A stretch of 64,000 bases of DNA. Source: Candidatus Moraniibacteriota bacterium. GTDB taxonomy: Bacteria > Patescibacteriota > Minisyncoccia > Moranbacterales > UBA2206. The position numbers and the translations under genes were made by a program. Below, one piece after another: positions 29,169-37,545 of this stretch (its first letter is position 1; each line of letters begins with the position of its first letter). The notes under the pieces are model-generated. The model searched no databases and had not been told where the DNA came from. It saw only the letters and a list, made by a program, of their open reading frames with translations. The stretch covers positions 132,095-196,094 of the forward strand of contig JAUSNP010000006.1 of NCBI GenBank assembly GCA_030645735.1, read 5' to 3'.

Positions 29169-29720
29169 TTAAGCCAATACTTTATTTAAATCTTCCGGAT
29201 TATTAAAGAAAATTATTTTCGATTTAGTTTTATGCCCTTCTTTAATAAATTCTTTTATTGTATGCCCTGTTATGCCCCCACTTCCCTCTAAAACATACAT
29301 GTCCTTCGACATTCCACTAGTTATTGTAACCTCGTACATTGTGCCTACCTTCCCGCTAATAACTATTGCCATGTCAATGTTTAAGCACATATCCAAAGAC
29401 CTCAGATAATTATCAATGCCTAATAATTTTTTATTAAAATACTTTTTTTGAAAAATAACATTGGCATATTTTGATAAATCAACATTATGAAATTGTGAAT
29501 GATCCGACATGGATTTCCCAACGGCATATGAAATTACTTTTCCACCATTTTTAATTGCAGAAAGTGCTACTGCATGAGGATAGCCGCTTGTGCCACCCGT
29601 TACTACGGTATGATTATTAATGGCAATCAATTTGCCAATTTCTTTCGCCTTTTTAATTATTTCTTTATCACTAGCCTTGGTTGTTCCAAAAATTCCTATT
29701 TTCATAATTTTATTTCTCAT
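29169..29720 (-). CDS. LOG/SLOG-like Rossmann-fold protein (TIGR00725-like)
   Basis: IGIFG...VVTGGTSGYPHAVALSA and later VLEGSGGITGHT segments. Confidence 0.45.
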   Translation of the reverse strand: MRNKIMKIGIFGTTKASDKEIIKKAKEIGKLIAINNHTVVTGGTSGYPHAVALSAIKNGGKVISYAVGKSMSDHSQFHNVDLSKYANVIFQKKYFNKKLLGIDNYLRSLDMCLNIDMAIVISGKVGTMYEVTITSGMSKDMYVLEGSGGITGHTIKEFIKEGHKTKSKIIFFNNPEDLNKVLA

Positions 29721-31329
29721 TACTAATAAAAGCTATTCCCAAAAACACCCACAAAAATCCCAGCATAATTCCGGAGTTGAAGAGATTTGGAATAGTCAAA
29801 GCAAACCAACCGAGCAGGATGAAGAGTGGCAAGAATTTCTGTGAATCTTTGGCCAGGAAAAAGTCGCGCGCGGATTTGCCAAGAATCCAAAGCCAAACTG
29901 CCAAAAATGCCAAGAGACCAATGATACCAGAACCCAACCAAATTTCCAGAAAGATGTTGCTGGCATTGAGTCCAGTTCCACGCTCATCGGTGCCCAAGTA
30001 TGAACTGACGTTGCCCCAACCGATTCCTAGGATTGGATTTTGCTTTATCAAATTCCAAGATTTTTTGTAAATTTCTGATCGCACATTCACATTGGGATCC
30101 CTTCGGAAAACTTCCGTCACAAAATGACCAGCTGATTTTTCAGTTTCAACTTCTTCCAAATTTATATGCCTACAATTTATTGTTTCTAGATCGCTAAGTT
30201 CTTGTGGTTGCGCATCAAAACTTTTTTCTTCCAAACAAGAGATGGTTATCTTCTGCAACCCACCCGTGCTTTGCACACGATTAGCTAATTGAAAATTGGT
30301 CAGATGGAAAAAATATACCATGACAACAGCAATCATGAATGCGCATATCACTTTGATTTTCATCCAAAAAGCCTCTCTCCATTGCCACTCCCTAAAATTC
30401 AATTTCAATCGAGTGATGACCGCAAACCACAAAAGAATAGTCACTCCCACTGCTCCCAGCCAAGCGCTTCTTGAGACAGTGAGAATAAGTGCTATAAAAA
30501 TTAGTGTCAAAAAAATAAATATGATCATGTCATTGCGAGCGACTGAAAGGAGCGCGGCAATCTCTTTCTGAGACTCCTCAGGCCTTTGTGTATCAGTATG
30601 AGATTGCTTCGTCGTTTCCCTCCTCGCAATGACAGTGTTTTGGTATAAAATAGTATAAATAATTGCCAACAAAAGAACTAGGAAAATGCCGAGCCAATCC
30701 GCTTCCGCAAAAGTTCCATTCGGTCTCCCTGGCATCACTTCAAAATGACTTGCGCCACGCATAAACTGAATATTTTGCCAGATGCCATACAAAACTACGA
30801 CAACCGACGAGCTCAAGAAAAATGGAATGACTTTTTTCAAATCTTCTGATGTCTGAATATAATTGCGTACGAGGAAGTATAAAAAAATAAACGATGTCAA
30901 AACCACTGATTGCTTCAAGCCCACTCCTCTGTTGCTAGCAAAAATTGCACTCACAAAACTGGCGGCGCCAAACACAATCATTGCCCAATCATACCAAGCT
31001 AATCTAATTAATTTGAAATTCAAACGTTTGGTCGCCAAGCGAATGATGATGGCCAAAATTGTCAGCCCGCCAAAAAATTGATACGGACGAATAGCTATGC
31101 CCAATTCCACTGGCGCCAAATTGATATTTTCCAACATACTTGTCCCGGCAAACAACAAAAATCCCCAGCCGGGACGATAGAGTGTCAAAAGCAAAGTCAA
31201 AATCGCGAAGAAAATGAAATCTTCCAAACGCAATGGCAAAACATTCAGATTGAAAAGCATAATGGCAAAAAAGACCAAAGCGACATTGGTAATTAGCAGG
31301 AGTATTTGATTTTTATTTTTTAGAAACAT
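29710..31329 (-). CDS. O-antigen ligase / Wzy-like polytopic membrane protein carrying an in-frame palindromic-element insertion
   Basis: About 11 TM helices plus periplasmic loop; contains VIARRETTKQSHTDTQ...LLSVARND as in the GT26 gene. Confidence 0.55.
   Translation of the reverse strand: MFLKNKNQILLLITNVALVFFAIMLFNLNVLPLRLEDFIFFAILTLLLTLYRPGWGFLLFAGTSMLENINLAPVELGIAIRPYQFFGGLTILAIIIRLATKRLNFKLIRLAWYDWAMIVFGAASFVSAIFASNRGVGLKQSVVLTSFIFLYFLVRNYIQTSEDLKKVIPFFLSSSVVVVLYGIWQNIQFMRGASHFEVMPGRPNGTFAEADWLGIFLVLLLAIIYTILYQNTVIARRETTKQSHTDTQRPEESQKEIAALLSVARNDMIIFIFLTLIFIALILTVSRSAWLGAVGVTILLWFAVITRLKLNFREWQWREAFWMKIKVICAFMIAVVMVYFFHLTNFQLANRVQSTGGLQKITISCLEEKSFDAQPQELSDLETINCRHINLEEVETEKSAGHFVTEVFRRDPNVNVRSEIYKKSWNLIKQNPILGIGWGNVSSYLGTDERGTGLNASNIFLEIWLGSGIIGLLAFLAVWLWILGKSARDFFLAKDSQKFLPLFILLGWFALTIPNLFNSGIMLGFLWVFLGIAFISNEK
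30528..30634. mobile_element. Palindromic element family A, copy 2, inside a coding sequence (inverted relative to copy 1, same orientation relative to its host gene)
   Basis: TGTCATTGCGAG...CTCGCAATGACA termini; ~90 percent identical to copy 1. Confidence 0.75.
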
Positions 31330-31343
31330 TTTATTTATTGCAT

Positions 31344-31423
31344 TGTCATTCCCGTGAAAACGGGAATCTAGTGTAGAAACTTAATAATGCACGACTGGAT
31401 TCCCGATCAGGTCGGGAATGACA
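31344..31423. repeat. Element family B, short variant (TGTCATTCCCG...CGGGAATGACA) filling a stop-to-start gap
   Basis: Two hairpins, ATTCCCG-TGAAAA-CGGGAAT and TCCCGA-TCAGG-TCGGGA. Confidence 0.65.
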
Positions 31424-31429
31424 AAAAAA

Positions 31430-32587
31430 TTATAAACTCTTAACCACATTAAAAACTTTAGCACTGAACTTGCCCCAGGAAAAATATTGCGCTCGCTCTT
31501 TGCCACGCACCACCAACGCCAAACGCAATTGTGCATGCAACAAAAGATTTTTCATGACCATCGCAATATCCAAAACATCTTTGGGGTCGCAATACAAAGC
31601 TCCGTCTTGTCCAACCTCTGGCAAAGAAGAATGCTTGGAGGTGATGGCTGGTGTGCCTGCGCTCATGGCTTCCAAAACTGGCATCCCAAAACCTTCATAG
31701 TGTGATGGGTAAACGAACATCACCGATTGGTTATATAGTGACGGCAAATCAGCTTGTGGCACGAAACCCAGCAGACGCACATGTTTGGTCAAATTCAATT
31801 CCTTGGTCAGCTTTTGCACATCCGTGATAAGTGGCGCCAACTCCGGCATCATCTTACCAGAAACAACCAGCTTGGGAAATTCATGTACAAAATGTTCATT
31901 GGCATTTTTTTCCAACAAAAATTTGTAGGCGCGAATGACGCCCTCGGTGTTCTTGCGCACCTCCAATCCTCCACCAGTATATATGTAGCCAGGTTTCAAA
32001 CGATATTTTTTCAGTACAGACGAGGCATGCCTCGTCTCTACCTTTTTTTTGTAGATTGCATCCACATCAATATAATTCACTGAGATTTCTTGTGGATCAA
32101 TTCCCAAATGTTCAATCAGATCCTTCTCGGTGCGCGATGACACAGCCAAGATCCTGTCGGCGCGCTTGATGGCTTTTTCAGTCAATGACCAATACAACTT
32201 CTTGCGCCAATTGTTCAGATATTCTGGAAACAACTTGGGAATCAAATCATGCACCACCATCACATGCTTGATGTTTTTGTTCAAAATAGTCGGACATTGA
32301 TACATCGAAATCAAAGCTTCACAGCCATCTTGCTTGACCATCTTGGGCAAACTCCACTTCTCCCACCAAATCTTGCGAATCAAATCATCCCTCTTCCAAG
32401 CTGGCAAAAAAATCTTCTTGCTGAAGTTTTTGGGCAATTTGATGTCTCTCGGCAGATCCTCTTCCAAATACAACACAAACTCATCGCTCGTTTTTTTCTG
32501 AGCGATCTTCTTCAAAAAATTGATTGTCACCTGCCCAATCCCACTTCCAGGCTTGCGGGCAAATGAGGCGTTGATTGCAATTTTCAT
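31430..32587 (-). CDS. GT4-family glycosyltransferase
   Basis: YPSHYEGFGMPVLEAM motif. Confidence 0.8.
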   Translation of the reverse strand: MKIAINASFARKPGSGIGQVTINFLKKIAQKKTSDEFVLYLEEDLPRDIKLPKNFSKKIFLPAWKRDDLIRKIWWEKWSLPKMVKQDGCEALISMYQCPTILNKNIKHVMVVHDLIPKLFPEYLNNWRKKLYWSLTEKAIKRADRILAVSSRTEKDLIEHLGIDPQEISVNYIDVDAIYKKKVETRHASSVLKKYRLKPGYIYTGGGLEVRKNTEGVIRAYKFLLEKNANEHFVHEFPKLVVSGKMMPELAPLITDVQKLTKELNLTKHVRLLGFVPQADLPSLYNQSVMFVYPSHYEGFGMPVLEAMSAGTPAITSKHSSLPEVGQDGALYCDPKDVLDIAMVMKNLLLHAQLRLALVVRGKERAQYFSWGKFSAKVFNVVKSL

Positions 32588-32717
32588 AATGACTATATTG
32601 TAGCATATTTTTTATTTTTTATGCCATTTGACTCCCTCGCTCAGTATCATATAATAATATCTAGTTACCCAGACAGTCTGGATAGCTACTAATTATAAAA
32701 AATATTAAATTAATCGT

Positions 32718-34001
32718 ATGTCAGAAAAAAGAACACAGAAAGTTTGCGTTGTCGGCTTGGGCTATGTTGGTTTGCCATTGGCCGTGCGTTGCGTAGAAAA
32801 AGGCTATGAGACATATGGACTAGAAAGAGATCAGAAAAAAGTTGATTTGATCAACAAAGGCAAGAGTCCGATTGAAGAAAAATTCTTAGAAGACAATTTG
32901 CCAAAATTCAAACCGACTACCACCACTGATGAAAAAATCATCAAGAAGTGTGACATCATTTTGATTTGCGTGCCAACTCCGGTTGACTCTATGTATATGC
33001 CAGATCTGACTCCAGTTATTGGTGCTAGCGAAGCTGTGATGCGCAATCTGAAAAAAGGCGCTTTGGTAGTTTTGGAATCTACGGTGAATCCTGGTGTCAG
33101 CGAAGAAGTTATCCGACCAATTTTCGAAGAAGCTGGTTTCAAAGTGGGCAAAGATGTTTTCATCGCGCATTGCCCAGAAAGAATCAATCCAGGCGACCCA
33201 AAATGGAATGTGACCAACATCCCACGCGTGGTTGGATCATTCGACAAAACCGGTCTTGATATCGCCGTGAAATTTTATGAAAGCATCGTGGATGGCAACA
33301 TCCGCCCAATGAAATCAATTCGTGAAGCGGAAGCGGTGAAAATTGTGGAAAATTCATTCCGCGACATCAATATTGCTTTCGTGAATGAACTAGCCAAATC
33401 TTTCGACAAGCTCGGTATTGATGTAAAAGATGTGATCCTAGGAGCTTCGACCAAACCATTTGCTTTTATGCCTCACTTCCCTGCTTGCGGAGTCGGCGGA
33501 CATTGCATTCCAGTTGATCCCTATTATTTGATTGAGCGCGCCAAGAAATCTGGCTTCGATCACAAATTCTTGAAAATTGCGCGAGAAATAAACAATTCTA
33601 TGCCAGCCTACACGACTGAATTGATGCAAGACGCCTTGAATGAATTGCAAATGCCCATGAAAGGCACCAAAATTGGCGTGTTAGGAATTTCCTACAAAGC
33701 CAACGTAGATGACACGCGTGAATCTCCAACTTTCAAAATTTTAGACCTGTTGGAAGAACATGGTGTGAAATATGACACTTTCGATCCGCACATCTTGGGC
33801 AAATCCAGCATCAAAACTCTCGGCGCACTTTTGAAAAAAGTTGACGCTTTGATTATTGCGACCGACCACAAAGAATTCAAAGAAATTGATCCGAAACTTT
33901 TCAAACAAAACGGCATCAAAGTCATCATCGACGGCAAGAACTGTCTCGACAAAGACGCCATCAAAAAACTCGGTATTATTTATAAAGGTATTGGACGATA
34001 A
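32718..34001 (+). CDS. Nucleotide-sugar dehydrogenase (UDP-ManNAc/UDP-Glc dehydrogenase family)
   Basis: VVGLGYVGLPLAV NAD fold; catalytic Cys region GVGGHCIPVDP. Confidence 0.8.
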   Translation: MSEKRTQKVCVVGLGYVGLPLAVRCVEKGYETYGLERDQKKVDLINKGKSPIEEKFLEDNLPKFKPTTTTDEKIIKKCDIILICVPTPVDSMYMPDLTPVIGASEAVMRNLKKGALVVLESTVNPGVSEEVIRPIFEEAGFKVGKDVFIAHCPERINPGDPKWNVTNIPRVVGSFDKTGLDIAVKFYESIVDGNIRPMKSIREAEAVKIVENSFRDINIAFVNELAKSFDKLGIDVKDVILGASTKPFAFMPHFPACGVGGHCIPVDPYYLIERAKKSGFDHKFLKIAREINNSMPAYTTELMQDALNELQMPMKGTKIGVLGISYKANVDDTRESPTFKILDLLEEHGVKYDTFDPHILGKSSIKTLGALLKKVDALIIATDHKEFKEIDPKLFKQNGIKVIIDGKNCLDKDAIKKLGIIYKGIGR

Positions 34002-34033
34002 AAATATAATTTTATCTTTTTAAATGACCACAC

Positions 34034-34060
34034 CATCAAGCTTCGAGAAATCGAAGCTTG
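34034..34060 (+). terminator. Perfect 11-bp-stem hairpin with GAAA loop (TCAAGCTTCGA-GAAA-TCGAAGCTTGA); putative terminator
   Basis: Direct reading; T-rich stretch follows. Confidence 0.4.
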
Positions 34061-34109
34061 ACTTGCTATTTGGTCGATTTTTTGCCATAATAAAAATAAT
34101 GTGAAGCCT

Positions 34110-34210
34110 TGTCATTGCGAGGAAGTTCCGCCTCGGAACGACCGCGGCAATCCCAAGCATTGATGCATTGAATATGAGATTGCCACGCTCCTTCGTCGCT
34201 CGCAATGACA
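34110..34210. mobile_element. Palindromic element family A, copy 3 (intergenic)
   Basis: Same TGTCATTGCGAGGA...GAGATTGCCACGCTCCT...CTCGCAATGACA termini and subterminal blocks. Confidence 0.7.
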
Positions 34211-34245
34211 GTGAATATAAATTCTAATTTAATAAAAAATAAATT

Positions 34246-34482
34246 ATGTTTGACCTATTGAAATCAATCGTCTGGATCGTCGTGATGCTTGCACTGGCCT
34301 ATTTCATAATGAGCTACTTTGGCTATGAACCAAATTTAGAATATTTCTCCACTAGCAAAGAAGCTTGCCAAGCCAAAATCAAGGATTGTACAAACAATGT
34401 GATTCACAATGGCATTGATAACGCTGACAAATGCAATTTCAATTGCGTCAATCCAGAACTAATCATTAAGAAAGCAAACTAA
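34246..34482 (+). CDS. Small membrane protein with Cys-rich tail (hypothetical)
   Basis: One TM helix followed by 5 Cys. Confidence 0.3.
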   Translation: MFDLLKSIVWIVVMLALAYFIMSYFGYEPNLEYFSTSKEACQAKIKDCTNNVIHNGIDNADKCNFNCVNPELIIKKAN

Positions 34483-35468
34483 TGCGACTAATTGTAAACA
34501 TTCCAGCCTACAACGAAGAAAGTATTGTGGGTGAAACCATCGCCAAAATCAAAGAAAGCTTCAAGGCTGATTTTTATACCAATAAAGGCGCTGTCATCAC
34601 GGAAAAATTGATCCAAGTGGTAGACGATGGCTCTACTGATGCCACCGCGCAAGTTGCCAAGGAAGCTGGCGCAGATATCGTAGTTTCCTACAAACCCAAT
34701 CGCCGACTCGCCTATTCTTTCAAGCAGGCCGTGGAAAGTTCACTCGTAAACGGCGCTGATTTGATGGTCAACATTGACGCTGACGGACAATTCAATGCCA
34801 ATGACATTCCGCAACTTTTGACTCCGATTTTGGAAGGTGATGTGGACATGGTCATCGCCAATCGCTTTGGTGAAATTGCCGCCAAAAACATTCCGTGGGT
34901 TAGAAAAAATCTAAATAAATTTGCTGCCAGCGTAATCGGCTTTTTCTTAGGTTACAAAACTAACGACCTGACTTGCGGTTTCCGTGCGCACAATCGCGAA
35001 GCTATGTTGCGCTTGAATTTGACCAATGTGCATTTCACCTACACTCAAGAAACTATCATCGATGCGATTGGCAAAAATTTGAAACTGGCCTGGGTGCCGA
35101 TTGAAGTCACCTATTTCGACCACCGTGAGGCCAAAATCACCAAATCACTTTGGAAATTTGTGAACAACTCCACCAAAATCATCTTGAAGGCCGTGCGGGA
35201 TGTGCGACCAATGAAATTCTTTGGAATTCCTGGGCTATTCTTGATTTTCCTTTCCCTGATTTCATTTGCAATTTTCCTATACAACTATTTCCCTGATTTC
35301 AAAATCACTCAATATAGAAACTACCTAATTTTCGGCATTGCCTTGTTTTTAGTTGGACTGCAATTTGTCGTCTTCGCCCTGATTGCTGACATGATCAAAT
35401 CCTCACGTCAATTGACGGAAGAATTGATGTATCAGTGGAAGAAGGATAAGTTTAATAATAAAAAGTAG
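34482..35468 (+). CDS. GT2 glycosyltransferase (polyprenyl-phosphate sugar transferase-like) with C-terminal TM helices
   Basis: IPAYNEE...DDGSTD...D-x-D layout. Confidence 0.75.
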   Translation: MRLIVNIPAYNEESIVGETIAKIKESFKADFYTNKGAVITEKLIQVVDDGSTDATAQVAKEAGADIVVSYKPNRRLAYSFKQAVESSLVNGADLMVNIDADGQFNANDIPQLLTPILEGDVDMVIANRFGEIAAKNIPWVRKNLNKFAASVIGFFLGYKTNDLTCGFRAHNREAMLRLNLTNVHFTYTQETIIDAIGKNLKLAWVPIEVTYFDHREAKITKSLWKFVNNSTKIILKAVRDVRPMKFFGIPGLFLIFLSLISFAIFLYNYFPDFKITQYRNYLIFGIALFLVGLQFVVFALIADMIKSSRQLTEELMYQWKKDKFNNKK

Positions 35469-35516
35469 TTTACTTTTTTATACAAAGCTTTAATTAAGCC
35501 GAAATACATCGGCTAT

Positions 35517-35545
35517 ATTGACTTATTTGCAAAATAGGTATATAA
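35517..35545 (+). promoter_or_regulatory. Consensus sigma70-type promoter TTGACT-17-TATAAT
   Basis: Hexamers and spacing read directly; ~75-nt leader with AAAGGAGA RBS follows. Confidence 0.5.
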
Positions 35546-35619
35546 TATTAATCTGGCTGAAATCAGTGCCAGCATCGTATAATTGGGTCATAGTGAACCC
35601 ATCTCAAAGGAGAAAAATC

Positions 35620-35997
35620 ATGAACTTTAAAAAATTAACTATCACCATTGCAGGAGACCTCAAAGGTAAACTTCAAGGAAATTACGCATTGCAAACCTCC
35701 TTGGGAATGCAGTCTGCATTGAAGTTTTCAAATGGAATCATACTCATCAATTTGACTCCAGCAGATTCAAACCTTGAATTATTTTCTGATTGTAAACTAT
35801 TTAAAAGCAAAGCCATCAGAAATGATGATTTGCGAAAAGCATTTGACGCGTGCAACCGCATATCTGTCGAGCTGTCAGCATGTAATGCCGGAGCAATTTG
35901 TCTCAGAGCTAAATTCTTCAGTTCTGGTAAAAATTCGTTCTTCGAGATTACGGCACTATTCGCCATCGAAGATGGTAGAATCATTGCGCTAGCCTAA
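35620..35997 (+). CDS. Small hypothetical protein (125 aa; 5 Cys); start chosen at the ATG that has an RBS
   Basis: AAAGGAGAAAAATC-ATG; the annotated longer ORF start lacks an RBS and overlaps the promoter. Confidence 0.4.
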   Translation: MNFKKLTITIAGDLKGKLQGNYALQTSLGMQSALKFSNGIILINLTPADSNLELFSDCKLFKSKAIRNDDLRKAFDACNRISVELSACNAGAICLRAKFFSSGKNSFFEITALFAIEDGRIIALA

Positions 35998-36077
35998 TTC
36001 GCAACAGAACAGTCAGACTGGCAAGGGCTGTTCAAGTGCCACAAGCACTGAAGTTTTGCTAAACCTCTAATTTATGG

Positions 36078-36103
36078 ATTTTTCTTAGTAGCGGCGAGCG
36101 AAC
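36078..36103. other. Short 23S rRNA-like fragment (GATTTTTCTTAGTAGCGGCGAGCGAAC)
   Basis: 17-mer AGTAGCGGCGAGCGAAC is identical to the conserved domain I 23S rRNA sequence; flanks are not rRNA-like. Confidence 0.4.
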
Positions 36104-36237
36104 AGAAAAGATTTCTTTTCAGCACCAGCTGAGGAAATGTAGTGTCCATATTGCAGAGGTTTTTTTATTTTTTCATAGCCCACAGATAGCTTGAAAATTA
36201 ACTTGTTTTAAGGTAGAATTAGATAGTAAATTAACCC

Positions 36238-36337
36238 TGTCATCCTGAACTTTATTCAGGATCTACTCTGCGTTTCACTGAGATAAATTTAGATTAATGA
36301 TACAGTGAGCAGATTCCGGGTCAAGCCCGGAATGACA
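36238..36337. repeat. Element family B, copy 2 (orientation 1)
   Basis: TGTCATCCTGAAC...TTCAGGAT and ATTCCGGGTCAAGCCCGGAATGACA hairpins; ends 11 nt before the ATG of the next gene. Confidence 0.75.
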
Positions 36338-36348
36338 GCACTATACTT

Positions 36349-37431
36349 ATGCGAATTTTATTTATTTCCCACGCTTATCCGCCTACTGTTGGTGGCGTGG
36401 AAAACCAGAATTTTGAACTTTCCACTTGGCTAGGAGAAATTGCGGAAGTCAAAACCATTGCCAACGGACGAGGCAAGAAGTTTTTGCCATTTTGGATGCC
36501 CTACGCTCTCGTAAAGAGTCTTTTTCTGATGCCAAAATATGATGTCATCCTTTTGGGCAATGCCCTCTTAGCACACATGGGCTGGATATTGAAAATCATT
36601 TATAGAAAACCTGTAGTTGTTGTAGTGCATGGATTGGATTTAACTTTCCAGAATTGGTGCTACCAAAAATTCTGGGTCAATTTTTTCATCCCCAAAATGG
36701 ACAAACTTGTTTGTGTTGGCAACGAAACAGTTCGCGTAGCCAAAGAAAAAGGCATCGCGGAAGACAAATTGGTTTTCATTCCCAATGGCGTCAACACCAA
36801 CAAATTTCAGTCGGAATATAATTGGTCAGAAATTAAAAAAATCTTTGGACGAAAACTGGAAAGCAAAAAAGTTTTGATGACTTCTGGCAGACTGGCCAGA
36901 AGAAAAGGCGTGGCTTGGTTTGTGCGCAATGTGATGCCGAAGTTGCCGGAAAATATTTTGTATATCGTGGCAGGTGACGGCGCTGATCGAGAAAATATTG
37001 AGCAAGCTATCACAGAAAACAATTTATCCGAACGCGTGAAAATGATTGGCTACATGGGCGACCCGGTGCGCGACATGCTTTTCCACACTTGCGATCTTTT
37101 CATTCAACCCAACATCAAAGTGGCTGGTGATATGGAAGGCTTTGGCTTGTCAGTTATTGAAGCAGCTTTTTGTGGCATTCCAGTCATTGCTTCGCGTTTG
37201 GAAGGCTTGCAAGACGCCATCAAAGATGGTCAAGACGGCTTTTTGATTGAACCAGAAGACGCGTCAGGCTATGTCACAAAAATCAATGAACTTTTGTCAG
37301 ATGACACAGCCCGCAAAGCTTTTGGACAACAAGCACGACAATTTGTCATTGATAATTTTGGTTGGGAAAAGATTGCGCAAAAATATTTAGATGAAATTGA
37401 GAAAGTGATCAATAAGAAAAATATCACATAA
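36349..37431 (+). CDS. GT4-family glycosyltransferase
   Basis: N-terminal HAYPPTVGGVE and C-terminal EGFGLSVIEA motifs. Confidence 0.8.
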   Translation: MRILFISHAYPPTVGGVENQNFELSTWLGEIAEVKTIANGRGKKFLPFWMPYALVKSLFLMPKYDVILLGNALLAHMGWILKIIYRKPVVVVVHGLDLTFQNWCYQKFWVNFFIPKMDKLVCVGNETVRVAKEKGIAEDKLVFIPNGVNTNKFQSEYNWSEIKKIFGRKLESKKVLMTSGRLARRKGVAWFVRNVMPKLPENILYIVAGDGADRENIEQAITENNLSERVKMIGYMGDPVRDMLFHTCDLFIQPNIKVAGDMEGFGLSVIEAAFCGIPVIASRLEGLQDAIKDGQDGFLIEPEDASGYVTKINELLSDDTARKAFGQQARQFVIDNFGWEKIAQKYLDEIEKVINKKNIT

Positions 37432-37435
37432 ACTC

Positions 37436-37535
37436 TGTCATTCCGGCCTTGAGCCGGAATCTACTCACCGTATCGTGAATCTAAATTTAATTCAGTGAAA
37501 TGTAAAATAGATCCCGGGTCAAGCCCGGGATGACA
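37436..37535. repeat. Element family B, copy 3 (orientation 2)
   Basis: TGTCATTCCGGCCTTGAGCCGGAATCT...GATCCCGGGTCAAGCCCGGGATGACA; fills the gap from 4 nt after the stop to 10 nt before the next start. Confidence 0.8.
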
Positions 37536-37545
37536 TTACAAAAAT

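Noticed and set aside
34020-34205. 61-aa minus-strand ORF overlapping element A copy 3
   Set aside because: It is generated by the palindromic element itself, which is open on both strands, and has no RBS.
35518-35619. Longer start for the small protein at 35518
   Set aside because: It would begin inside the -35 hexamer of a consensus promoter and lacks an RBS. The ATG at 35620 has an AAAGGAGA RBS.
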